Shown here piece after piece: positions 1 through 12,200 of a stretch of 64,000 nt of DNA. The stretch is from Trichoplax adhaerens. Lineage: Eukaryota > Animalia > Placozoa. The DNA is taken from assembly GCF_000150275.1 (NCBI RefSeq), contig NW_002060946.1, positions 863,562 through 927,561 on the forward strand. Direction: 5' to 3'. Made by a program: the position numbers and the translations under genes. The notes beneath the pieces are model-generated. The model ran no database searches. It saw only the letters and a program-made list of their open reading frames with translations, and was not told where the DNA came from. Within the stretch, counting starts at the first letter, position 1. Every line of letters starts with the position of its first letter.

Positions 1-2690
1 GTAATGACGGTAATTAATCCATTCCCAAGGTGCATCCCTATAAATAGCGCAGATATAAAATATAAAATTATAAAATTGACAATGATAGCCGAAGGCATCT
101 TGACAATTTTGACATCACCTAGGAATGTGCTCGTGTGCCTAAAAGCCCTAACTTGAGAATCAGCAAGTCTTATAAGCCATGATACAACAACAACCATGAC
201 ATCATCATCATAGATAATATCATTCTGACAAGCAGCTACAAATTGGACAATAAAATCGCGCAAGTATCCCTACAACCAAAATCGATTTAAAAAAGATTAT
301 TAAACTCATGAAAATTACTTTTAATTCAAAGCCGCAATACAAGCAAGCCATGCGAAGGAAACGTTACCTTCAGTTTCTTATATTTAGGTCCGGTCATGAT
401 AATAGGATATTCATTGCTATCCTGCAATTAAAGTTAAATATTATATTATTACCAAGTAATTAACTTATGAACAGCGTAGCATTGAATGACAAATTGGTAC
501 GCCACTTCACGGTTAATGTATTCCCAGTAATCTGAAAGCAGACCTCATCAAATTTTAAAGTTAATTCTTGAATAGACTTGATATTTTCGGACTCTTTCAA
601 CATTTCTTCCGTAACAACGCCTGCAATGGTACAATATAAGAAAAATTAAGTAATGCACATATACAATGCAGAGTCCTGCAAATCACTTCAAATGACATTG
701 TGGTTTAGTTATGTTCTCTGTGATAAATTCACCACGATATAGTGTTACGATAGATGATAATGGTAAAGCGCGTAAGTATGTCCTAAAGCAATATATTTAT
801 CATTTTTAATTATCGTAAACACCTACCTTTACAGCCACAGCAATGAACAATAAATTGAACAAGCTCTATCAGTCCTTTTTTATTATTTTGATTGTAATGA
901 GTTATCCAATCATCGATGGTCATCTAGGAAAAATTTACAATTTTTTTACGTTGTTATCACGTTTAATAACCAAGCATCAAATTCCATGATTTGATATGCA
1001 CCTGCATAGCTTGTCCACTTAATACGGCCGCAAATATACTAGCATCATGTTCTACATTTAATACTTTTTTGGCAGTACTACGTCTTTTACGTTTCGCAAC
1101 AGGTGTACTATCTTCTGTCTTATTAAGCTACAATATCAAGGTTCGATGATAATTATAATTAGATGAATGAATTTGTGAAATTATTAACAGGAATTAAATG
1201 TTTAATCATTGCTATACCATAACAAGCATACATTATTTGATATCATATCAGCATATAGAATTTATCGTTTTTATGTCCTTACACTTCTTTTACGCGGACT
1301 TGTCAAATTTTTAGCACGATTGTTTTTTCCCTTTTTCTGCGATGCAGGCGTATATTCTTCGTCACTAATACAGAATTGATGCTTTAGCTATCATAACATT
1401 TTCTATCAACTCTTAAGTCTAATGTTTTTTTATTCACTCTAGTACTGATTTAATCTACCTAAATTTGCTATCAAAATTAATCTTTACCCACTTAATTATT
1501 AACATATTAACAAAAAGTCAATTTATTACTTCGACTAAGAAAGCTATTGTGAGGCACCTACAACATACATACGACGTTAATTAATAGAATAGAATATCAT
1601 CACATCGTTTCACCCTCATATTACTGTATTATTGCCGCTATGGTAAATTTCAGAGCTGGTGGGTAATCCTTCACTTAAATCTATAACAAATGACTACAAT
1701 TATAACCAAGTGCCTTTCTCGTTGAATTTTAAACTAGCAATAAAGTGCAATACATTCAATCAGTAGTAGGCTACAACTAAGCAACAAATACTAGAAATGT
1801 TTGGTGTAACTATGACTCTTTTATGCCGGAGTATTTAATGAATCTATCCATTGTCTATAGCATAAATCAGCACATATACACGTATATAATGAGTAGATAT
1901 ATAGGTAACGTTAATAAATCTTCTGCAGCACTACAAATATTAAGACTTTCAATATGTGTCAACAGGCCTGTAGTAAAATATATATTTACTCGTATAAGAA
2001 GTACAATCAATTGATTAATCAATTAAAAAGAGACTTTTTCATATAAAAAACTTAATTACTTTATCTCATCTTCAGATGCGGTTACTCTCTCATTCTCATC
2101 AACATCGCCATCTACAAAAAAATTGGTCTTGGTAACCTTCCTTCGTTTTGGAGTCTAAATATTGGGTAATAAATAGAAGCAACGGCTTCATCAATTCATA
2201 TTAAATGATCTTTCTGTCAACTAGCACTAACTAATTTATATTTGATAAATACGTAAATCAATTCAAATGGTAGTATATCCATGCCGACATTAGTTACAAG
2301 AAAGAACTTATTGAGTATCATTTTACTGAACTCCAAACGTAAACATTGCATATTATAAATTGTCTTGTCCAGCATGGAGACATATTTAAATTAGAGTATA
2401 GTGAAAAGATGAGTCCTTATATCGACTTAAGATGTAGTAAACAACTATAAAGATATGCAGTATTCGTATCTAACCAATATAGGGTAAAAATTGACTTTAC
2501 TATAGAAATATGCCATGTTGGTAAAATCGACTATTTTACAATAAGAATATGAATATCCTGTAAAAAAGATTTAAGATAATATTGAAAATTATAAAAATTA
2601 TACAACACTTACCCGCGTTTTAGACTGCCTTCCTTTATTAGCGGCAGGATTGCCCGGTGAAGTACTTTTCCTTTTACGTAAAGTAGGCAT
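1..2690 (-). CDS. STAG: Cohesin subunit SA / stromal antigen (Scc3/STAG family); 5' part only, gene runs off the window start
   Basis: Minus-strand GT-AG exons (approx. 2690-2613, 2154-2060, 1681-1613, 1366-1283, 1127-1002, 923-827, 620-545, 421-368, 269-119, 37-1) translate to MPTLRKRK...SIFAAVLSGQAMQ / MTIDDWITHYNQNNKKGLIELVQFIVHCCGCK / GVVTEEML...FDE / DSNEYPIIMTGPKYKKLK / GYLRDFIVQFVAACQNDIIYDD...LADSQVRAFRHTSTFL, the STAG-domain signature. An in-frame TGA just upstream of ATG 2690 fixes the start. A 5'UTR intron is likely at ~2729-3833. Confidence 0.93.
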
Positions 2691-2750
2691 GGAGAACTGA
2701 GGTGGTGGTGGTGGTGGTCAATGGATATCTATGGAACATGAATTGTAAAA

Positions 2751-3210
2751 AATCACTATTCATTACAGTAACGTACGAGCGTTGCGTATGGAGAGAATTA
2801 GCAACTAAAAAAATAATTCGAACTATCTCAGTGTTCTATTTATCTACGATCAAGACAGACTAGGTAACATTGTAACGCATGGTAACCATACTATAACTTG
2901 TGGAATGATATATTACGTATATCATTTGAAGGTATCATTTAGCATTTCCTCTTACTCGTACAGTATTTAGAATACCAAAAACGAATCACTGTCCATTACA
3001 GTAATATACTATACTCACATAGCTTGAGAAAAGAATGAACAAATGAAAATTAATTTGAACTATTTCAAAGTTCCATTTTATCTACAATCAATACAGAATA
3101 AGCAGCATTGCCATGCCATGCATGGTAGTAATGCTGAAGTTTGCGGAATAGCATAGTGTATTATTTGAAGTGTCATTTAGCATTTCCTATTCTTGGTACG
3201 GTATTTTTAG
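2751..3210. repeat. Degenerate tandem duplication, two ~230-bp copies, in the STAG 5'UTR intron
   Basis: Blocks aatcact..cattacagta / gaactat..tttatctac.atcaa.acaga / atttgaag..tcatttagcatttcct recur in the same order at ~2751-2970 and ~2984-3210. Confidence 0.8.
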
Positions 3211-3984
3211 TTCCTATCCATGTTACTGAAATAGATAATCAGCCAACAGAATGCAACCACTACAATGTCGTAACATGAATACTAATAACCGAGTGGATGC
3301 AACTGTCATAAACTGTATCTTTCACTCTTTTCCACTGTCAAGGAGAATATCAAAGTATAAATCCATTTGTATCTTCCACGCGGGCAAGTACAGTATTGAA
3401 TGTCAGTGAATGTATAGTAGTCCTGGATAAAGCGTCTCTCTTCTATCCTACAGTATTTCCCGCCGTAGACGAGTTGCTATCCAATTTCTAATTGTTCATA
3501 ATAGTCTGTTGGCCAACTTTAACCAAAGAGTAAAGTAATTCTACTTGTCTAGTTTACTCTTAATCCATGTAGACTACCATAGCCACTCTTTCTACATTGT
3601 AAAGTGTGTAATAAAAGCAAGCCTAATGCTGTACAGTGCATAAAATAGAACATACAACTATGAGATCTTTCAACAGACTGTGTACAAAAGTGCACTCATT
3701 TTGCCACCAATTCAACAACAACATTTGCCATTCTCAATTTGCTGTCATTACGTCTACCCCATACCAGTACAAAGAGCTAGTTATTTTTTAAGGGTATTTC
3801 AATCAGCTTTTAATCCTAAGCCTAGAAACTTACCGAAATTGCGACCAGCAACAGTAACAGTGAATGCAGGTTGATTTGGGCAGAAAATTGCAACAACGTC
3901 TGTGATAGAGGAAAGTGAAATGCAAGAAGCACTGAGTGCCTTAAATGGCAAATAGCTTCAATACAGTTCTATTCACCAATCAGA

Positions 3985-4420
3985 CTGGAGTGTACTGTAT
4001 CGTGTAGTAGTATTCAACATATACTGTACCCTGGCAGATCGCGCTACAGTACCTATATCAAGATTCTTGCCATCAACACCAGCACGTTGCATTCACTCAC
4101 TTGCAAGTTGTAACGCGTTACGAGACCTGGACGTAAACCGTACAATACCAAAGGCTACTGGAAATACCAAGTACTGTACACTGTACACTGTAGCTTCCGG
4201 GAGTCCTTGACACTACTGTCCACAGTGTACAGTATAGTACAAGGGATACAGTATATAGTACTGTACCGGATCGGTCATGGCCTTCTGAATCCTTTGCAAC
4301 TGTACCGCACAGTACAGTACGGTACAGTATGTACTGTAGACGTACTACTGTAGTACTGTAGCTCATGTTCTAGCAAGCCAAAGTTATACCGCGCATGCCT
4401 TTCGAATTTTCGCGCCAGAA
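3985..4420. promoter_or_regulatory. Putative STAG promoter: TACAGTA/TACTGTA-rich island with NRF1-like and E2F/CHR motifs
   Basis: Dense tactgt/acagta words at 3990-4360, gcgcatgc at 4391-4398 and minus-strand GGCGCG-AAAA-TTCGAA at 4416-4401. Lies upstream of a minus-strand donor (cg|gtaagt) at ~3833. Confidence 0.6.
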
Positions 4421-7179
4421 TCGTGCAAATCCCACTTGGAGACTACTAAGTTACTACGAAAGGAAGAGAGAATACTGGACAGCATCATGGACCCCTCGAA
4501 GGAGACCTAATGGGCTATGAATGCATGCACCGCTTGAAAGAGGACTATTTTGAATAAGATATCGTAGAACATATACACACTATATTATTACCATACTAGT
4601 CGAACCCTCTGCTCGTGATACTTCGCATACGTGTTAACTGAGTAGACTATTTCCCCAAGCTGAAGCTACTGGATCGAACATTGTCTCGTACAGTACTTGT
4701 CGCAGCCCGTACATGACGAATAGAAGTCCTCCAATACGTCCATAGAAAATATGCAAGCTACTGCATCTAACATTGTCACATCACTAGATGGGATAAGAAA
4801 TCGAGCAGTCCATGCCACTAATAAGCTGCTGGCTGCAATCAGGCAAGAAATGAAGGCATTGTATAACCCAGCACCGTGTTTAGTAGCGCGTAAAATTCAA
4901 ATTAGAGCGCAATCAAATACTCAAATACTGTTGAATGCGCCTGCATTTCTCCTAAAACAACGAGATTGTAGACTCTAGATAAATGCAAGATCCAGCGGTT
5001 CTCTCAGTACCACAGTATTTCGTGAATCAGCTGCTGCGATCTGACGTATACCTACACGATGTTGCTTAGTCTGAAACCAAGGACTTCTAAAAAGAAAATC
5101 TTAAAGAAGGTCCGTCCTGCTGAATCACTTTGCTGCGTCATGGTCTCAGGGATTGTTAACCATCGTATACTGGAATACCCATGCCCAATTGCCCATATAC
5201 AGAAAGTAAATTAAGTCATCGATTACTAAAAGAACACCGGTATTCTTCTAGTAGTCCATGACTACTGTATGTATACCCTTAATTGGCTGCTTCTGGTTCA
5301 AAATATTGAAAATCTTGCAATATTAATAATAGCTCTTTCCCTTCATCGAGCAAAGTAGACTTTACTATCAATGATTGCTATTCTGTGCTCTACTACAGAC
5401 AACACTTACTCAACGATCATAATACTCGCCAACGTTGAAGATGCTCAGAGTCTCAAAACGTATCTGCAAGCTGCATTACAGTTGCAAAGAAAAAAATAAT
5501 AGACCAGCATGGCATCACATTCACCAAATTTGCAATCTTAACGAACACCACAGATTATGGTAATACGACATCATACTGTACATTATTATACACCGGTCAT
5601 AGCATAGTACAACATTTCATCTAATAGAAACTTTTGCATAAATCTTGAATTCAAATGACTCCATACCTTAATTAACATAGAGTGAAGAATGGATCGTGAC
5701 ATATACATGTCGCAATAGCAGACATGCTATTGCAAATGTTAAATGATGCTTCTCTTATTAAATTAGATTGATTTCAATCGCCAAATATCACCCTTGTAAG
5801 TCGATTACACATACAACGCATACTAGAATTTCAATATCAAATCCTATAGCGTTTAATAATTAATTGACCAATATTCAGCGTGAAGTATGACTCGTAGATC
5901 AGTTGGTATTAGCATCGGTTTTATTCGATCTTGCCAGAACTAATGATAATCATAATTACAAGATGCTCAATTCTCAAATATACGCTTATAACGCATAAGA
6001 AGTTCATCCTATAATAATCATGACGTCAATCGAAATACTGTACAGGGATTCCAGAAGTTGGATATTATTTGCTTTCCGCAATCAGGAGGGTGCCATTATT
6101 CTTGCTTAACGTGATTGGAAAATTATTATCACACATCGTCAAGGCAAATATTTAATTCACGCTATGTCGTCTTAGAACTTTGAACGCCTCCATCAATTGG
6201 TTGATTATAAAATCAATAGATAGATACACTGATAAACTATAGATGAAGCCATGTAAGATCGTATGAATTTTACAGTATACCCAGGGTATTAATGAATTAA
6301 GAATCAATATCAATTAGCTTCTTGCTGGCATCGAAGAAGAATCATTACTTTATAACTTCTTAGTCATCCGTTTAATTTTACTCAATAAAGCCGATAAATT
6401 AATCCCAACAGTATTATGGCGTCCATCTCTGTTAAGCATAATATCTGTATTGTATTGCTCCTCTCTCTGTTATTACAAGGACTACTAGCTGAAGAGTTGA
6501 CGCTTATACCCACTCTAAAAGAACACCTTCCTTTTTCTACCGTCTGATTGTTATCACTAATTTCCGCCCTGAAGAAATGAGCGCATATTCATGTAAAGTA
6601 TTTCGATAGTTATTTGGTAGCAATTCTGAAAACAAGGTAGGAAATCCCTATATTCATCTTCATATTTGCAAAAATTGACTAAAATGATACTCAATGTATA
6701 GGAATTGAATAAAAAGGCATATGTTTACAATATACTCATCAACTCCTTATATTACCGTACTTTTGAACTCTGCCTATAAAATAAATAAATTTTCGGGCGA
6801 GTATCAACAAAAAATCCCTCCAGGTCTACCTTTTAGACACATCAATTACATATTTAAGAATTTAGTCATTGTAAAATGCTAAATTTAAACCTATTTTAAA
6901 AATTGCTGATTGTAGGAATGTCTGTCCCCCTATGAATTGTACACAATATGCGTATATACTCGAGTATCTTTGTATATGTCATATACAAAACTAGAAGGCC
7001 ACAGAATACCTAGCGAAGGACAGATGTAGCGTAGCACACCCTATAAATTCTGTATAATTCGAGATGATAATGTAATACATTCCAACTGAAACAGTATAAA
7101 ATAATTCTGATTGCGACACTGTTACACAAGGAATAATTTTCTTGTTAACCTTAAAAGAAAAATTTCTATGCCATTTCCG

Positions 7180-7510
7180 AACAGAGTCCAGACCGTTGCA
7201 CGGGTCAACCTAACCCGCGGGTCAATCCGTTCATTTTGTACCCGTGACGTCACGGGTTGTCCATGAGTCTGCTCTACGAGTACAAACTTTGACGATAATA
7301 AAAAAAGAAAAAATAAGTGATTTAGCCATGGATTTACAAGGTATAATAGGGTCAGTAAAATGGATAACATAGGCTTTTGACTGCGGGTCAACGACAGGTA
7401 CTGGAAGAACGCAAGGATTGGGTTGCAGCGAAGCCAATGACGTCACGGGTCGAAAGTGGATCACCCGATTTTTCTGTTGCTGTTACGGGCAATGTATACA
7501 ATGCCCGAGA
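7180..7510. repeat. GC-richer, palindrome-dense element (possible non-autonomous transposon relic or CRE-containing enhancer)
   Basis: Perfect 18-bp palindrome acccgtgacgtcacgggt (7240-7257), acccgcgggt (7213-7222), a second tgacgtcacgggtc (~7438), repeated cgggtcaa words and a hairpin cgggcaatgtatacaatgcccg (7486-7507). Confidence 0.5.
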
Positions 7511-9249
7511 AGTATATGATATAATTTAATAATTCATATATATAATTATTGATTGATTAGTGCTGAAAAAAAGTTAACATAATGTCTGTCTTAAATATGT
7601 GGTAAATACAATGCAATTTAGTAAAAAATAATTTGAACTATTAACTCGGTATACCGCTTGTGGTCATTGGGAGATCACATTATGCTTTATCATTACTGAT
7701 ACGTTCTCCAGTTGTATTTAATCATATCTTAAAAAGCCATTTTCACAAGAATAATAATTTCATCAATTAACTCACATACAAATATACCGAACTGATTCGA
7801 AGTATCAATATGAAATATCACTCAAATAATAACACATATAATCGGTCGAAGATCTACTGCAGGGCTCCGATTTTACTTCGGACACAATTCAGAACGTACC
7901 GACATAGCATTCCAATTCGATATATAGGGAAAAGTATGCAAACCTGTCGGATGCCCGATCTGGTGAAAGTAATATTTTACTTTTGCAACTCAGCCTATCA
8001 GCAATTTCCTAATCCAAATTACAATTCTAGATTAATTTTGATTACGTCGATTGCATTACTATATGAGTTGTATTTGTACTATCTATAGCGAAGAAAGTAA
8101 ATATAATGTATCATTATAATTATTGATTGTACAGAGCTGCAGTAGTTTACATTCACTATGTCCGTTGCCAGATATTTCACATAGATAACGATAAGCCGAA
8201 TTCTTTATTATGCGAATGTTTTATTTGTTGATGGTCACGTAAAGAATATGGTACAGTAAAACTTAAAACTGATGATGGTATTTAGCAGTCTTGGCACACT
8301 GTAGTGCACGATATACGCGTATATACAGTCTACTATGCCAATATACGGTAAATATCTAATAGTTTTTTATATTGCCTTATAAATAAAAGTTTTAGATTTT
8401 AGCTAAAAAATTCTATTCCATTGCAAATATATAGATCTAAGATTGTAATTTTTTATGAAATGAAAAGAATAGGATTTTTCTATCTTAGCGTTCACGATTT
8501 AAACTTTTCTAAGTGGATTCGCAACCTTATTTTATATTTTACGATTAAAATCTCGTGCATAGGTATTGACTAAAAAATTAGTATGAAAGAATAGTTAGTA
8601 TACACTACCGGTATACGATATAAATAATCTCATAAATAGAGACTCCAGTAGTAAACTCTTTTCAACGAGAATAAATATTTGATACCTGTTAAGTATACGG
8701 TCAATTCACTTAATATCAGCAGGAAAATATGGTAGACAATACTTTCAACAATATTTTTAACATAAGTACGATACATAAATTCACGTTCTTATAAGTATAT
8801 TTATAACGCTACTAATACAGGCGAAAACGAAGAAAATGACAATCTTACATTCTAAGAAACAGGCCAAAACTAATACAAAATTACGCCCAAAGATATGCAA
8901 ATGAAGTTATAACACACGATGATTGCATTAGGTGTTGATGTATGATTGCCCCAAATAAATCGATAACAAATTGTGCGATGTGTTTTTTTAACCTAAACCA
9001 GTACTAAGACATAGGTTCAAAGTTTAATAAAAATTAGTAAAATAAACAAGAGCTATTTCCCCGTGACTTTAAAGACAGTTTAATATCTCTTAACTCCAGT
9101 ATCTTGTAACATTCCACTACGATGTAGTAGATAAATAAACAACTATGTCTCGTACCTGTCACGCCGGAATGCGTTATGACAGTTGAAGAGTTAACAAAAA
9201 GGATTGACATCAAATTATCTGTTTTAGTTTGAAATTGGAATTGGTATCG

Positions 9250-12200
9250 ATGGAGTCAAAGATGAGAACCTTTGCTCTAGTCGCTGCCATTGTCGTCTGC
9301 GTATTAGCCCATTTTACCTGCGGCCAAAAGAATACTAACGAAGCTGAAGCAATCGCTTTCTTACGTCGATTCAATCATAGCCATACCTTATATCGCCATA
9401 ATTCATCTAAAGCTGGCTATGCCTATGGCTCTGATATTAATCCAACCACTGAAAAAGCTAGCATTGATGCTAGTTTGGCGTTAGCCGAGTTTTTAAGTCG
9501 GTCTAAGAAAGAAGCTGAAGCTTTTGACACCACCAATATGAGCGCTGATGTTAAAAGGCAGTTTTTTTTCTTGACCCTTGACGACTCTCCAAAGGATTCC
9601 ACAAAGTTACAGGAACTATTAGCTACTATTGCAAAAATGGAATCAACTTATAGTAAAGGCCGAGTATGTAACAAAACTCGCTGCTATGTCCTTAATCCTG
9701 ACCTTTATAGCATCATCGGTAAATCTAGAAATTACGACGAATTAGTATTCGCTTGGAAGGGATGGCGTGATTCAGTTGGACGCAATGTTAAGCGTGATTA
9801 TATGAAATATGTCGAAATATCCAATATTGGTGCTACTGATAATAATTATGCTGATGAAGGCGCCTACTGGAGAGTGCAATACGAATTACCCGATGAACAA
9901 TTTTTTGCTGAATTAGAAAAATTATGGACACAAATGAAACCATTTTATGAGCAGTTGCACGGGTATATTCGTGGTAAATTGAGGCAGAAATATGGCAAAG
10001 ATAAAATTTCTGAAGATGGCCCAATACCAGCTCATCTATTGGGCAATATGTGGGCACAATCGTGGGAAAATCTCTACGATATGGTTGTTCCTTATCCCAA
10101 TCAACCCATCGTTGATGTTACTTCTGAGATGGTGCGACAAAACTATACCGTATTGAAAATGTTTGAATTGTCAGAAGAATTCTTTTTATCCATTGGGATG
10201 AAAAAATTACCTGAGATCTTTTGGAGGAATTCCATCATTGAAAAGAGGAAAGACGTTGCTATGACTTGTCATGCTTCCGCATGGGATTTATCTATCGATT
10301 ACGACGTTAGGTAAGCACAATATCGAATTTAATTATTTTCTATGTTACAAAATGCCAATTGCCATAATTCTTAATATTCCAGCTGTACATGCTGACACAT
10401 TTCATTACGATAGTACGTGAAACTCTTCCATTTCAGTGTTCTTAATAGTTGATCCCTTGTAGAAACTGATAAACTAATAATCGTATAACTTGCTTTAGCT
10501 TTTCTCTGCATATACGAAATTTATATTTTTCTTGTAGTTGATCTTGATCTGGTTTACATTTTCTAGAGTAAAGATGTGCACTAACATCAATCAAGGTGAT
10601 TTGATAACAGTACATCACGAATTAGGCCATATCCAATACTATCTTCAATATTGGGATCAACCTAGTGTGTATAGAAGAGGAGCCAATCCTGGTTTCCATG
10701 AAGCCGTTGGTGATACCCTTGCTCTGTCAGTAGTAACACCCAAGCATTTACAAAACATTGGATTACTTAAACAAGTTAGCAGCTCTAACGGTAGGCAAAA
10801 TCATGGTCTTATATCCTCAGTTTTAATCAGATAATGTACATAAATTTATTAAGTCGCTATTAACGTTCTGCGCAAGGTTATTTTTGCACTACCGTTGTTA
10901 ATTTGAATTTTGATAATTAAAGTACTATGCTTGATATTATTTTTCTTCCCCGAAAATTATATCATTAATTAAATATATCTGAATTGTATTCATACCCCAA
11001 TTATCTGCAACAACAGAGGCCGACATTAACTACTTATTATCGCAAGCTCTGGATAAGATTGCTTTTATTCCATTTGGCTACTTAATGGATCAATGGAGGT
11101 GGAAAGTCTTCTCCGGCGAAATTATCCCAACCGATTATAATTACAACTGGTGGGAGCTACGGAATAAATACCAAGGAATTGTTCCACCTGAACTTCGTAG
11201 CGAAATTGATTTCGATCCAGGCGCAAAATATCATATTCCTGCCAGTGTACCTTATATCAGGTAATTATTGTGTAGAACCATACGACAACCAAATATTCAA
11301 TAGTAATTAATTTCGTATTTATTTCTCCCATCGTCTTTAAATTCGCATTAATGTCGCGATAGGAGTTGCTTAAGATCATGATAACTAATCCAAAAATTTC
11401 AATATTAACAGATATTTCGTTAGCTACATCCTCCAATTTCAATTCCAGCGATCGCTTTGTCAAGCTGCAAACAAAACCAATGAACCTTTATATCTTTGTT
11501 CTATTTATCAATCTCAAGAAGCTGGTGAAAAATTAAGGTTAAACAAATAATTATACTGCATAAAGGAACTTATAGCATTTATTGATTTATTAATTTAACA
11601 CCATATCCCTTGATCTGCTATAGCCATTACATTTATAATCCTCTTGCAATCTCATATTTATTCATGAACTTAATAATTCTTGGATATTTGTATAGTGAAA
11701 TGTTGTCGCTTGGAAGAAGCAAGCCATGGCCAGAAGTATTGAAAGCTCTTACCGGTGGTACTGGTATGGATGCTACAGCAATCATCGATTACTTTAAACC
11801 ATTAAATGACTGGTTGACGAAATATAATAAGGATAATAACTTCAAAGTTGGCTGGGCCGGAAACGGTGAGTAGTGACACAGAGTAAAATGATTTTATGTA
11901 CTTAATTTCAAAAGTTTCTCTAATGCTACTATACTATAATTTATATTAAAGTAAGCAAATAACATTTTTTATACCCGTATCTCAAAATTCTCTTATTAAG
12001 CATGATTTTATAATGTACTGTTCAACTACTGTAGGTACTGTCAAACAGCAAGCTATTAAGTTCGTCATGTGGTATCAACATGAAGCTGAAAAGATTTATC
12101 ATAAGAATACTTGGTATCAATGGAACTACAGCACAAATTTAACATCTCATAATGCCAAACTCTCTGCTGAGAGCTCTATTAACACAACCGCCGCCATTGT

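Noticed and set aside
4118-4366. YSTV/TVLY-rich ORFs here and at 26829-27114 and 38419-38721
   Set aside because: Artefacts of translating the stop-poor TACAGTA islands; no protein-like features.
12013-12034. Intronic in-frame ATG as the start of a testis-ACE-like C-domain isoform
   Set aside because: It encodes MYCSTTV with no signal peptide and overlaps the acceptor region.
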